The notes under the pieces: model-generated | The model's database searches: none | Told to the model about the DNA's origin: nothing | The model's input: only the letters and a program-made list of their open reading frames with translations | Program-made: the position numbers and the translations under genes | Part shown: piece after piece, positions 27,723 through 44,371 of the stretch | Position numbering within the stretch: the stretch's first letter is position 1 | How the letters are laid out: each line of letters begins with the position of its first letter | Origin: the human T2T-CHM13v2.0 reference genome, Homo sapiens | Assembly (NCBI RefSeq): GCF_009914755.1 | Contig: NC_060939.1 | DNA: 64,000 bases | Strand: one strand, 5' to 3'

Positions 27723-27831
27723 TTTGTAGAGGTGGGGGTCTTGCTATGTTGCCCGGGCTGGTCTCAAACTCCTGGCCTCAAGCGATCCTCCCACCTCAGC
27801 CTCCTGAGTCACTAGGACCGCAGGTGTGAGC
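27723..27831 (-). mobile_element. FLAM/Alu left monomer
   Basis: tgtagaggtgggggtcttgctatgttgccc..caaactcctggcctcaagcgatcctccc. Confidence 0.85.
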
Positions 27832-28229
27832 TTTTCTAGAAGCCAGGTCCAAGGAAAGATGTAGAGTGTCTATGGGGATTGGTAAGAGCAGAACTGAGCC
27901 CTTTGTGACCAAGGAAGGAAACAGGAGGAGGGGGCAGGGGCCTTCCAGAGGTCCTCCTCAGACACACTTGAGGCTAAACCAAGCAAGGTCCCTGGTAGGT
28001 AGAAAGGGAAAGGAGTGGAGGAAGAGGGTTTGTAGGTGGCCAAGAGATAGCACCCCTCAAAATGCCTGACCTGTCTGAGATCCTTGCCCACCTGAGACCT
28101 CCAGAGGTGACCTGACAGCCTTCACCCCACTGAATCTCGGGACACACATGCCCTCCCTGGCGCCTCCATTCACCCCCCACAGCACACTAAGATTCACAAT
28201 ACACTCTATGCTGTGTCAGGCCCTGGGCA

Positions 28230-28760
28230 CTACCCAGGGCTTCAATTTCCTTTTTATTAGTCCAGGAAGGGCCTAATTTGCATGTCATTTGCATAAATTT
28301 GCTTGTTTCAGTTCAAAAAAGACCCCAACTCCAAGCAGGTGAGATAAAATAAATTAGCTTATTTATCGTCCCTCCTGCTGCAATTGTATTCCAACCTAAC
28401 ATCAGGCTTCACGGAGTGTTCACAGGGGAGACTTTATTACAACACCGCAGCCTGGAGAGAAACTGCTGGAGGTGAGGACACAGCCTGGCTGGACTTCCAG
28501 GGATGGAAGAAAAGCAAGTTTCTCCCCCGATATCAGGCCAGACTTAAGATGGAAGGCTGCCTCTGAAGAAGGAACACAGTAGATTCACTATTTTAACTAT
28601 ATCCCTCCCCCCGCCAAAAAAAATAAACAGCAAAAATCCTACTTTGCTATCCCATCCTGCAATGGGGACCACGGTGAAGTCTGAGCTCGGGCTGGAGGGA
28701 GGGCCGCTCTCCGGGCTGGCCATTTAATTGATTATCGACACATTCTCAAGGCCAAAGCAC
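28230..28760. promoter_or_regulatory. Candidate enhancer with tandem POU octamers
   Basis: ATTTGCAT at 28276-83 and 28287-94, ATTTGCTT at 28297-304; TTTAATTGATTA about 28722. Confidence 0.45.
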
Positions 28761-29239
28761 AAAGGATTCGGCTTTTAAGGTCCCTCCTGACTAAGCTTCT
28801 ATACAGGGGTTTCAATGGATGCTCTGCATCACATAGTTGGGTGGAAAAATCCATTATCTTAACAGCTGGCACCAGGATGCCTCTGGGGGAAGAAAATCTT
28901 TGATATATTGTCTGGGGGACCTGGACCCTGAGGGTCGGGGTTGCGGGGGTGTTAAGTCTGGCAACCGCAGACGGAGCAGCACTGAGGCAGTGCCAATGCA
29001 GGGCACTCATCTGCTTTCCCCCGAGGGGAGAGGAAGGCAAGATGTGGTGGGGCACAGGAGCGATGAGGGGTGACCAGTTGAGAGTACCTGGTATCACAGC
29101 GGCCTCAGAGCAAGCCATCAACCCGGTTCAGATGCCCCCTTGAGGAGGGCATGGGAATGACACTGTCTTATCTTGATTTCAAAGGCCTGGGGGACCCCAG
29201 TGGATGCCTGGGTTATAATCTTAATAAAAAGACCTACTA

Positions 29240-29556
<317 letters not shown>

Positions 29557-29627
29557 CTACTAAATAAATGGTAGTTCAACAAATATCGAGGGCTTACTCT
29601 GAACAAGGCATTATGCTGAAATCGTCA

Positions 29628-30013
<386 letters not shown>

Positions 30014-30014
30014 T

Positions 30015-30140
30015 TATAATTACCCCAATTTACCAATGAGAAAAACTGAGGTTCAGAAAGGCTACATAATTTGCCCAAGGTCACAGAACTAGAAGGTAAC
30101 AGAGCCAGGATTTGCCCCTTAACCACCACTATATACAATA
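30015..30140 (-). mobile_element. MIR
   Basis: gaaaaactgaggttcaga..ttgcccaaggtcacagaactag..cagagccaggattt. Confidence 0.8.
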
Positions 30141-30784
30141 CTAGGCAGGCTTCTCAGCCTTCCCATAAAGGCAGGAAGAGCAACATTATTGGAGATGAGG
30201 AGCCAGCATTACTGTGAATCTGATTCACCTAAAATCATCAGCTAATAGGTAGGATCTTCTGATTCCTGGCGTGGCGCCCTTTGCACTATATCATTTTGCC
30301 TCCGTCTGTGATGTCACCAACATCAAATGATTCTATAATTTGGTACTAGCTATTCATTGGCAACATGGCAGTGGCAGTGGTGTGATGGAGAGGAATAGGT
30401 CAGCACCAAGGCAGCACCAAGGACATTCCCAAACATCCCAATCTTCCCTAAATTGGGAAATATTCACTGGAATGAACCAAACAATCCCTGGATCGATATA
30501 AATCCTTAAATCCATTTCTGTTTTCAGATTAGTACCATGTGTTAACAAACTGTCAGTATACAAAGGCAGAACCCATGCCGAATATACCATTTTAACATTT
30601 TGTGAAGACTCCTAGGTACTTCTAGTTATGGAAAAAAATCCTGTTCTTTGACTCCAAACCCATTATGAGTCTACATGTTGTGCTCACATCCTCCCTCTAG
30701 ATGTCTGGGCTCAGACTGAAGCTGACTCATTTGTGTTCATATAGCTGCTCAGTGACTGCCTGGACCCTTTCAAAAGCTTTCGAC

Positions 30785-30930
30785 TTCATTCATTGATTCA
30801 TGCAACAGAAATCTGTTCAGCACCTACTAAGTGCCAGACGCTGTGTTAAGCACAAGAGGTACAAGGTTAAGTAAAGTAGGTGCAGACCCTAAACTCATGG
30901 AGCTTACAGTCCTCTAGGAGAGCAATATAA
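30785..30930 (-). mobile_element. LINE-2 3' end
   Basis: tcattcatt..agcacctactaagtgccag..ctcatggagcttacagtc. Confidence 0.75.
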
Positions 30931-30975
30931 TAGAATAATTAGATAAGTATATAAGTACTAACTATAATACATTTA

Positions 30976-31199
30976 CAGTTAACTCATGAACTTCAAGGGT
31001 CCACTTACCCACAGATTTTTTTCCCACCAAACATAGATCAAAAATACAGTATTTGTGGTATGTGAAACCAAGGACATGGAGGGCTGACTTTGTATACGTG
31101 GGTTCTGCAGGTTCAATTACAGAACTTGAGTTTGTGTGGAATTTGGTATACGAGGGAGTCTGGAACAGTATATGTCCCACATATACCAAGGGAAGGCTG
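30976..31199 (-). mobile_element. MER8 (TcMar-Tigger MITE)
   Basis: cagttaac...gggtccactta..aaaatacagtatt..ggagggctgacttt..ggctg; flanked by TA on both sides. Confidence 0.75.
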
Positions 31200-31385
31200 T
31201 ATATTAGTTTGCTCAGGCTGCCGAGCAAACTAATATACAGCCATATATTATATTATATTATTCTGTTATAAATATATTGCTTTCCTGGAGGACTGTAAGC
31301 TCCATGAGTTTAGGGTCTGCACCTACTTTGCTTAATGTAATAAATACCACAGAACAAGTAGCTCAAACAGAAATTTATTTCCTCA

Positions 31386-32300
<915 letters not shown>

Positions 32301-32886
32301 AATGTAGTTTCTAAAAAAAATAACAAACATAATGCAAAGACAAGTTTTGAACCCCGTTTGTGCATTTGGGCTTGTCGTCACTTGCTGCTCTTGCCAACCA
32401 GGCTAAGCCTGGGTTAGCCTGCTAGATCGTAAGTGGCACGTGGTCTAGTTATGTCCATTGTCCTTGAAAAAAAAAACAAAAGAAAGAAATGTATGTCCTC
32501 ACAGTTCTGGAGGCTAGAAGTCCAAGATCAGGGTGCCTATGGGACTGGTTTCATTCTGAGGCCTCTCTCCTTGGCTTGTAGATCCCATCTCCTCTCTATG
32601 TCTGTGTCTTAATCTCTTCTCATGATGATGCCAGTCATATTGGATTTAGGGCCCACCCATATGAACTAATCTTATACTACTTACCTTTTTAAGGCCTTCT
32701 CTCCAAATATAATCACATTCTGAGGTATTGGGGGTTAGGACTTCAACATCTGAAGTTTTGAGGGACACCATCAGTCCACAACAACATTCTAAGACATAAA
32801 AGTTCAGGGATATATAACAGTAAGAGCAGATAACAGGGACTCTGGGGGGTCACTGAAGGTCTCCCTAAGGAAGTCACATCGGGGTT

Positions 32887-33409
32887 GTGTCCTAGCCTGG
32901 GTTCCCCCACAAGCAAACCTAAGACAAAGGTATGTGTGCAGGTTGTTTATTTGGGAAGTGATCCCACAGGGCAAGAGAGAGGTTCAGGAGGAGAGGAACC
33001 GAGAAGAAGGGAGAGCAAATACAGCTATAGGCCAGCGCTGCAGGCAACTGGGCTCCATCTTACTTGGACTCCTAAGGAGGGTTCCAAAAGGTCCATCCGG
33101 GAAATGAGACGGGGAAGCATTTATCCATCACTGCTGTCCCCACTGGCTAGGGACAGCCACACTGCTGGTGTTAACCCCTGAACTTCTACACTAGCATGTA
33201 GGTTCCCTCAGAGGTCTCTCACCTGTGTCAGAAAAGCCCCAGGACAGGAAGCAAGAGGTATGTGGAATGAGCCGCGGTGGGGCCCTATCAGGTTGCATCT
33301 GTGCAAAGCTAGTCAAAGCCTGTGTGGAACTGGTCACCACAGCAGGGGCTGGAGTAAGACGTGGTGGGGAGAGGATGTGAAGTGAGGCTCAAGCGGTGTC
33401 TGTACAAGC

Positions 33410-33410
<1 letters not shown>
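32887..33410 (-). mobile_element. LTR16-family ERVL solo LTR
   Basis: tgtcctagcctgggttccccc..agacaaagg..gtttatttgggaagtgatccca matches the reverse of an LTR16-type 3' end. Confidence 0.6.
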
Positions 33411-34070
<660 letters not shown>

Positions 34071-34860
34071 GTTTAGAGTGGGAAGAACGGCTCTTTTGTG
34101 ACTTCTCTGAAGTGTGGCATTCACTCCATCTACTTTCAACCAGGAATTAAGGTGACTAAGACCAGAAACTATTGCCTGTGGCAACTGTAGGTGTATCATG
34201 GCTCAAAGTGGTTTCCCTTCTGAAAGGAAATGGTTAAGGGGGAATGTGGGGGAATCCTGGGAAAGAAACATGACTGGTCAAATCCCCTAGTAAACATGCT
34301 AAAGACAGATGACAGACCTCTAAAAATAAACCAATGGTGTTTGCTAACAGTAAGTCCTTATCTGTAGAATTCTTTAAGGCAGATGTACCTCGTTTATATG
34401 AGTGTCTAGGATTGCTTATGGTAAATAAATATGGAAATCTACACATTTACAGAGCATGGATCCCTTTTGTCACATAAACTATGTAACTATCTGAGTATAT
34501 GCTGGAGATTTTTCAAAACTAAAATAGCTCTCTTCTGTGTAAGTAATGGAGCCACATACAGTTCTTAGACACTTCATATGTAAATCTGGGCAGAGTAAGT
34601 TCTGATGTGAGGAAAAAAGGCTTGGTGAGATGTGTAGTGGTCCCAGACCTCTGTCTGTCTCATTTGTGCTTCCTGATTACTTATGTCCTTGAAATTATTA
34701 GTAAATCTTAATACTGGGCAAGATCTCTGATTCATCAGAGTCTGATGCGATAATCCCAGGCTCTGAGATGTCTCGGTAGGACAGTATGTTCACTCTCATC
34801 TCCAGGTTCATTCCATGCACATTTTCCCTGCCTTTGGGGCCACTGCTCTCATGGAGCTGA

Positions 34861-35172
<312 letters not shown>

Positions 35173-35394
35173 AGATGTTTTTAGGTTCCAACTACATCTA
35201 TACCGCCTCCAAAATGTCTTTGTCCTTCATTGTGTCCTAACAGGTAGCTTACATCCCAGCAGGAGTTCAACATTTCTTCCAATAAGGACCTCTTTAACGA
35301 ATTCTCCTGAGCCACCCCCCGCCTTAACAAGGCCTCCAGGTTTCAAGAAATTTTGCCCACAGAACAAGTTATATTTATCAAGAAATAATTGAAA

Positions 35395-35528
35395 GCTGGG
35401 CACGCTGGTGCATGCCTGTAATCCCAGCTACTTGGAAGGCCGCAGTGGGAGGATCGCTAGAGCTCAGGAGTTCAAGACCAGCCTGGGCACTACAGTGAGA
35501 CCCCATCTCAATAAATAAATACATAAAC
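35395..35528 (+). mobile_element. FLAM monomer
   Basis: Single arm with tail; TSD aaataattgaaa at 35383-94 and 35529-40. Confidence 0.88.
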
Positions 35529-35904
35529 AAATAATTGAAACAGTTTTTCCAATTTTAATCAAAGGCATTCATAACTACCAGTCAAGAGCTCTGATCAGCG
35601 TGAAGACTACCTACCATGTGAACTTGACAGTCTCAAATAAAAGCAGAGAAAAATGGTCCCTTAACATAGACAAACGTTCAACAGAGGCGGGGAGATTCTT
35701 TTGGAAATTCTGGGTATACTTCTTAAAGGGACCCTGGGTTGGAAACCACTGCTATGAATCTATTTCTTTATACTCAGACACTTTGTCCCTCATCTACCAT
35801 TTCTCTGATCGCGCACAAACCTCTTCAGTTTCCCCCATAGCTGGTTTGTTTCCTACCTTGGTACTTCACCACCCATGTGATCTCAACGTCATCAGCAAGC
35901 CTGA

Positions 35905-36371
<467 letters not shown>

Positions 36372-37073
36372 TGACTTTCAAATCACTTGTAAAAAAGTTA
36401 AATAATCATCTCTGGAGTAAGCCACTGGGTGTGACTCTGAATTCACCCAGAGGCCCTTTCTCTCCCTCTGGAGGTCCTCCTAATTGCACTGGGGCCCTAC
36501 AACCTCTTCCTGGCCTGGCTCAGCCCCTCAACTCTTGATAGCAGGTGTTCTCCAAAGGGGCAAAGGGGTCTGTGGCATGCAAGGGAAAAAAAACATATCT
36601 CCTGTCTGAATTATTTTCTCTAAATGGAGAAAAATAATTTTATTAATTATTTAGTGTTCATTGATAAGTAGTACATATATACTTCATTCATAAATTGACG
36701 TATATTAGAGTTCAAAACTTCTTTTATAAAGAGCAGTGGATAATCCAAAAAATGTAGATGCCATAGCTGAAAATCTCCCCATTCCCCACCCTCCTCTCCT
36801 CCCAGTCCTAGTGCCCTGGGTGTTTTTCTAGCCTCCACGTCCGTCAAGTCTCCACTCCGCTGCTATTTGCTGTCAATCTCTGGCTTGCTCTCCTGCCTTG
36901 ATGTTTCAGAGACTCCAGTAAACTGACTGGCCATCAACTGGGCCAGGACCCTGCTCCCCAAGCCAGCCCAGAGGCTCCCACTGCCAGAACCAGTTCCTGG
37001 GCCCACAGCCAAGACCAAAGCCCCAGATCTCTATTTATGTGAGTAATTGTGTAGTTAAGGCACACCAACACTA

Positions 37074-37780
<707 letters not shown>

Positions 37781-39104
37781 AAACAGTGGTTTTCTTATGA
37801 GAGCTTGTACTGTAAACCCAAAGACTGTTTTGAAATCTGAATTGTATGTATTGATTCCTGCTTGCTTACATTTTTTCACTCCTTGTAAGACTCTCTAGGG
37901 GATAATCAGGTATGGTTTCTTCGAGAGAAATGATTATACTTTTCCTAGGTAGTTATTTTCTCTAGTAATTCAGGGGTCTTACCTCATGATCAGTTATCCT
38001 CATCCCTCCCCCCGCCTTAGTTCCAGGGAGGTGACAGGAATGACAGAGCCTAGGCTACCCAACAAGGAGGCTGTGACAACAGCAGCCACCTCCATCTCCA
38101 CTGGAAGAGTCAAAAGAGATTATACTTCTACATGAAGGAGTGAAGTTAAACTTAAGGCAGAACCTTCCTATTATTAGCATGGCTGTTAAACCACAAACTG
38201 AGGTGATTCCTGACTCCAGCGGGGTGCAGAAGTGGGCCGGGTATGAGCAAGCTCACTCTGAGGTAGGGGTTGGTGAATCGCCTCTGAGGTTCCTTCCAGC
38301 CCTAAAGCCCAGCATGCATCATGGAGTCTTGGGTGAGGTCAGGTTGTCCCTAGAGATTATTGCCACTGAGATCCAAAGTACCCCTCAGCCCTCCCCACTG
38401 CCAAACAGAAGTATTCAGACACGAGCCCAAGGCCAGATGGCTGGGCTGCCCCTGCATGTACACCCCATTCAGAAGGTAGGGTGGCGAGTAGAGTCAGGAC
38501 CACATGGCCTCCATGTGACTCAGGATCATAAGGAAAGGGTCTCCAAAGGACCAGCCCTGGTGTGTGATGACAGACCAAGACCAGAAGCCCTCACTGCTTG
38601 GGTAATTAGGTCCCGTAATTCCGCAGACCCCACTGAGGTCCTCGCTTCTCCCTCATCCCACCACAAGTCCAGCTCACCTATCCCTCTCGCCCTGTTCTTC
38701 CTCCAGGCCTCAGCCTCAGGAGCACAGCCCCTCCTCCACTGTTATCTTTCCCTGGTCCTTCCTCCTCCTGCAGAATGTGGGGCTGGAGAGGCTGTTTCGA
38801 GGCTGCAGAGGAAGCCCCCACCCACAGTTGCTCTCAGAAGATTGTTGGGGTAGGGAGGGATTGACACAGGGTAGGAGACACCAGGGGGAAGAAAGGGTAG
38901 GATGAGGCACACGGCACCCAGGGGTGCTGAGGCCAAGCAGCACTGGACAGGGGTGATGCTCAAGGGATAAAGGGGTGATGGAGGAGCTGTGAAACCACAG
39001 CTAGAAAGGAAAGTGTAACAAAAGAACCACTGCCGCTCTGCAATGATGGCACCTCTCCCTGCCGACACCCTGACATGTGGCCTGCCATTAAAAACCTGCC
39101 TCCA

Positions 39105-39396
39105 GGCCGGGTACGGTGGCTCATGCCTGTAATACCAGCACTTTGGGAGGCCGAGGCAGGTGGATCACAAAGTCAGGAGGTTGAGACCAGCCTGGCCAAT
39201 ATGGTGAAACCCTGTCTACTAAAAATACCAAAAAAAAAAAAAAAAAAATTAACCAGGCATGTTGGTGCGAGCCTGTAGTCCCAGCTACTCGGGAGGCTGA
39301 GGCAGAAGAATCACTTGAACCCAGGAGGCGGAGGCTGTAGTTAGCCAAGATTGTGCCACTGCACTCCAGTCTGGGCGACAGAGCAAGACTCCATCT

Positions 39397-39422
<26 letters not shown>
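39105..39422 (+). mobile_element. AluSg-like with long poly(A) and expanded middle A tract
   Basis: 15-bp TSD aaaaacctgcctcca at 39090-104 and 39423-37. Confidence 0.95.
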
Positions 39423-39431
<9 letters not shown>

Positions 39432-39559
39432 CCTCCAGACCTAGCTCTTGATCCCGGTGGGGTGGGGTGGCTTTCTCCAGTGTCCCAGGAGAGCAGAATT
39501 CTAGGAAAGAGGAATGGCAGATGGGGGGCTGAAGCCATGGTAAGTGCTGAGACCCCCAA

Positions 39560-39715
39560 TGTACATTCACGCGTGCATGCACACACACACACAAGTGATA
39601 CACACACACATACTCATCACACATGCATGCACCAATACCTTACCTGTGCACACCCACCATATATGTAGACAATATGTGCATATACAACCCCAAATGCGTA
39701 CACACACCACACAGG
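39560..39715. repeat. Degenerate (CA)n/(CATA)n low complexity
   Basis: cacacacacacaagtgatacacacacacatac... Confidence 0.75.
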
Positions 39716-40060
39716 CAGCCACCAGCCATTAGAGTAATCAATGCCCAGTGCCTGCTTGGCAGCCCATTTGAACCCCTGTGTTTTCACAATGAAATATTTA
39801 ATGGCAGTAGAGAGCAATCACACCCGTGGTGAGCGGGCATGACGGCCCTCCATGCTAAGGTTGGGCTCCGTTCTCCTTGGTAACAGCCACTCAGGCAGAA
39901 TGAGGAGTGGGCAGCACTCCAGCCCCTCTGGAGGGAAGGAGCATGCTGCAGCTGGCCTGGCAGTCTGCTCTTCAGTCTCCGTGACCCCTAGGGGTGGCCC
40001 TGGCCCCAGCACACCTGCCTCTGGCCTCCCCAACATCCTGCTCACCCTCCTTTCCCTCAG

Positions 40061-40247
40061 TATCTCTGAGCAACAGCTCCCTGATCCCCAACTGTCCAAC
40101 CAATACAGAATGTCGAGGAAGTCCTTCCCTTTCTGGAAACTTCCTTCGGGCCTCTGGCTGGATTTCCTTCAGGACTGGTCAGTTTCTTTCAGGACTGCCA
40201 GTCAGGACTCTGCTCCCCTCTCCAGAAGCTCTGGCGCCCACAGGCAG
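40061..40247 (+). other. Candidate spliced exon (187 nt)
   Basis: Branch-like CTCAC plus cctcctttccctcag acceptor (AG 40059-60); consensus CAG|GTAAGT donor (GT 40248-49). Confidence 0.3.
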
Positions 40248-41149
40248 GTAAGTAGCCTCTCAGAGGGCGATGGTCTGGCCCATTTGGCACCGAGGCAGCA
40301 TGTAGAAAGCAGGTATGAACCATGTCAGGAAAAGACGCCACTTATTTCAGCCGTGCTGACCTGGTCTTTCCACCCTCCAGGGCCTGAAGGAACTGGCTAG
40401 AGGCATCTGGCTGTAAGACGGGTGCTATTCTCCCACCCCCAGCCTACACTCTCTTAGCTACAGAAAGCTCTACACAGAACAGCTACCTCATCCTCAGTTC
40501 ACCGTCCGAGGAGAGGAGTTTCCAGATCCTGGACTCACAAAAGTCAGCCCCAGTACTCACATACCTCAGCCCCCTGCCCCTGTGCCCACCCCAGCAATCC
40601 CAAAGCACCTCTGCCATCCCAGCTGCCTGAGCCTGCGCACTCAGCCACCCCCAAGTGGGGTAGGAGCTGAGACCTTCATGGAGGTCGGAGAGCATCGGGC
40701 CACTGATTCCGAGGGCCCGCCTCACATGCAGGCTACCGTGTGGTTTTTACGGGCATGATAAATTCTTTGCAGTGGAAGGGAAAAGTCACTTTGAATTGCA
40801 CCCACCACTCTGGCTTCTCAAGAAACAGCATGAGTCAATTTTTGTTCTTTCATTTGGAACTGGCAACTGAGGCCTTCTAGTCAGACTCTGGGGTCCCAGG
40901 GCAGGAGCTGGTGTACAAAGTCTAAGTTGTCCTAAATCTCAACTCTGAGTATGTGAGGGTGACCTCTCAGGCCCTCTCCTGCACCACAGCTTACCTGCTT
41001 ACAAGAAAGACAGGATCCCAAGGAGAACTCTGACCAGAGGTCCCCAGAGAGAAACTGAGTCAGAGAGTCCCAGCTTTGACCCCCTAAGCACCTTTGCTCC
41101 TTTCTACCCTCTCCACCAAAATCAGCCAAAACAAAACTCTTCAAAGGTC

Positions 41150-41410
41150 AGAAACCAACCCAGGTTAAACAAGACAAAGGGACCAAACAACCAATGCAAT
41201 AATGAATGGCTATAAGAGACATTTGGGTGACAATAGAGAAAATTTTAATATGGATTAGATACTAGAAGATATTAGAAAATTATTAATTTTGTCAGTTGCA
41301 ATAATGTTCTTGTGATTATTGTGATTATGTAGGAAAATGCGGGGATTTTTGGAGATGTATGTTGACACAGGAGTGAATATCTTGATATAATTTATTTTAA
41401 AATGTTTCTG
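41150..41410 (+). mobile_element. L1ME-like fragment
   Basis: taagagacatttgggtgacaat..aatatggatt..gaaaattattaattttgtcag..gtgattatgtaggaaaatg. Confidence 0.6.
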
Positions 41411-41412
41411 TG

Positions 41413-41550
41413 GGCCAGGTGTGGTGGTTCACGCCTGTAATCCCAGCACTTTGAGAGGCCAAGATGGGAGGATCACTTGAGCCCAGGTGTTTGAGACTAG
41501 CCTGGGCAAGACAGTAAGATCTCATCTCTATTAAAGGGGGGAAAAAAAAA
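41413..41550 (+). mobile_element. FLAM_C/AluJ left monomer
   Basis: ggccaggtgtggtgg..ggaggatcacttgagcccagg. Confidence 0.88.
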
Positions 41551-41570
41551 GGTTCTACAAAAAAGATAAT

Positions 41571-41893
41571 AGTCAGATGCTGTGGCTCACACCTGTAATT
41601 ACAGCACTTTGGGAGGCTGAGACAGGCAGATCGCTTGAGCCCAGGAGTTTGAAACCAACCTGGGCAACATGGTGAAACCCCGTCTCTACAAAAAGCACAA
41701 AAATTAGCCACATGTTGGGGCACACACCTGTAGTCCCAGCTACTCAGAAGACTGAGGTGAAAGGATCACTTGAGCCCAGGGTGGGACAGAGGTTTCAGTG
41801 GGCCGAGATTGTGCCACTGTACTCCGACCTGGATGACAGAACAAGACCCTGTCTCAAAAATAAAAAAGAAAAAGAAAAAGAAAAAAAAGAAGA
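41571..41893 (+). mobile_element. AluJ
   Basis: Dimer with gatcgcttgagcccagg; (GAAAAA)n tail. Confidence 0.9.
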
Positions 41894-42608
41894 AGCAGTT
41901 ATAAACCACGTTTCCAGGCCTTGTGATACCAGTAGCAAACCTAGATTTTAGCTGCTGAGTGACCTGTGGTAGAAAAGGCATGTGCACTGGGTTCAAGGCC
42001 AGTACAGGCCCGCCTACCTGCCTGAACCTACTCTCTCTGAGCCTCAGGTTATTTGTACCTGTAAAGAGGGAATAATGAAACCATCCTTACCAAGTCATGA
42101 GAACTCAATAAACTTGCACATGCAGAAGCACACAGCACCCAGGGGCCTCCATCAACATTCATTCTTGTCCTCTTCTGCATTTCCCTACTTGGGAAGACCA
42201 CCGGTCTAGCAAGAGACAATGAGACTCAAAATTTAAGGAAGGATTTCCACTTCCAGAGAGATAAAGTAAGCATATTTTTCCCTATTCCTTCTGCTAAGCA
42301 CAACTAAAACCCCTGGACATTACATGTAAAACAAACATAAGAAGACTGTGAAAGGTAGAGGGAAGAGGCCAAAGCAACTAGGAACTTTAAGCCCCAAGGA
42401 ACAACATGGTGGTGTGTTCCTTGGGTTGAATTTTTTTTTTTTTTTTTTTGCTCCATATATCCCTGATTTGGAGCTAAAGACACTAGGAACCCAGAAATGC
42501 CAATAGGAGCATACACAAAAAACACCAACAAAATCCTGCTCTCTCTTGCCAGAGGACTAAGAAAGGGGCAGCTTAGCAAGACAAGAAACTTTTAGATAAT
42601 AGCCACTC

Positions 42609-42905
42609 AGTCAGACACAGTGGCTCATGCCTGGAGTTCCAGCTCTTTGGGAGACTGAGGCAGGAGGATCACTTGAGGCTAGGAGTTTGCGATCAGCCTG
42701 GGCAATATAGCAAGACCCTGTCTCTATAAAAAATTTAAAAACTTAGCCGGGCATGGTAGCACGTACCTGGATAGTCCAAGATACTTGGAAGGCTGAGGTG
42801 GGAGGATCACACAAGCCCAGGAATTTGAGGTTACAATGAGCTATAATTGCACCACTGCAATTCAGCCTGGGAGACAGAACGAGATCCTGTCTTGGGGGTG
42901 GTGGG
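42609..42905 (+). mobile_element. AluJ with G-rich tail
   Basis: Dimer; TSD gataa(t/c)agcca(c/t)tca at 42595-609 and 42906-20. Confidence 0.9.
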
Positions 42906-44069
42906 GATAACAGCCATTCAACTCCAGCCAAACACCAACTGTGGGCCCACAAGCAAAGGCCAAGAGGGAAGCCCAGACTTCTGTCTTCTCAAGGTTGTAC
43001 AAGGCACCTCAACACACTCGCTGGTGGTATCAGAGAAGACCAAGAAAGGAGCTGAAACTTTCACCTTCTCCAGCTAGTAACAAACTGCCCCCTGCAGTGT
43101 CAGTGGAGACCATGTGGTGAGGTGGAACTCCTACCCCTGCTCAGCTGGCACAAGTAGGTGCCCTCACTCTTTGGTGTCAACAGAGGACAAGCGGGGAATC
43201 TAGATTTCTACATCTACCTGTCAGTAACAAAGCAGCCCCACCTCCTTCCCCTGCCAGAGTTGTCAGACAAAGTCAATTGACACAGAGGTTTAATTAAGAT
43301 ATAGAGTCTCATATTATAACATGAAAATGTCCAGGTTTCAATACAAAATCACTCACCATACCAAAAACCAGGAGAATATCAAATTGGATGAAAAAGAACA
43401 ATCAATAAATGTCAACTCCAAAATGACAGAGATGTTAAAAATTATCTGACAAAGATTTCAAAGCAACCATTACAAAAATGTTTCTTTGAGCACTTATGAA
43501 CATGCTTGAAACAAATGAACAAAACAAAAAATCTCAGCAAAGAAATGCAAGGCATAAAGGACAAAATGGAAAAACATAACTGAAATAAAAATCTCAGTGG
43601 GTGGACTCAGCAGCTGAATAGAGGGGCAGAGAAAAGCAGCAGTGAACTGGAAAACAAAACAACAGAAATTGCCCATTCTGAATAACAGGGAGAAAACAGA
43701 CTTGAAAAAAATGCAGCTTCGGGGGCTTATGGGACTATAACAAAATATATAACATCTGTGTCATCAGAAGGAGAAGAGCAAGAGGAAAAAGAAGAAGAAA
43801 AAGAAAGCAGGGCTGAAAGAGTGCTTAAAGAAATAATGAGAGAAAACTCCATCAATTTGGCAAGAGACACTCACCTACAGATTCAGAAGCAAACCCCTAA
43901 CAAGATAAACTCAAGGAAATCCATTCTAAGATGCATGATTATTACACTTCTGAAAATTAAAGATGAAGAAAAAAAATTGAAAGCAGCCAGAAGTTATTTT
44001 TTTAAAAAGAACTAAACAGATATTCTGGAGTTCAAAAAGTACAATAACCAGAATAAAAAACTCACTAGA

Positions 44070-44371
<302 letters not shown>

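Noticed and set aside
38140-38853. Longest ORF in the track (237 aa)
   Set aside because: Starts at GTG, has no recognisable domain, shows the Pro/Ser/Leu-rich composition typical of chance ORFs in GC-rich DNA, and has no supporting exon structure
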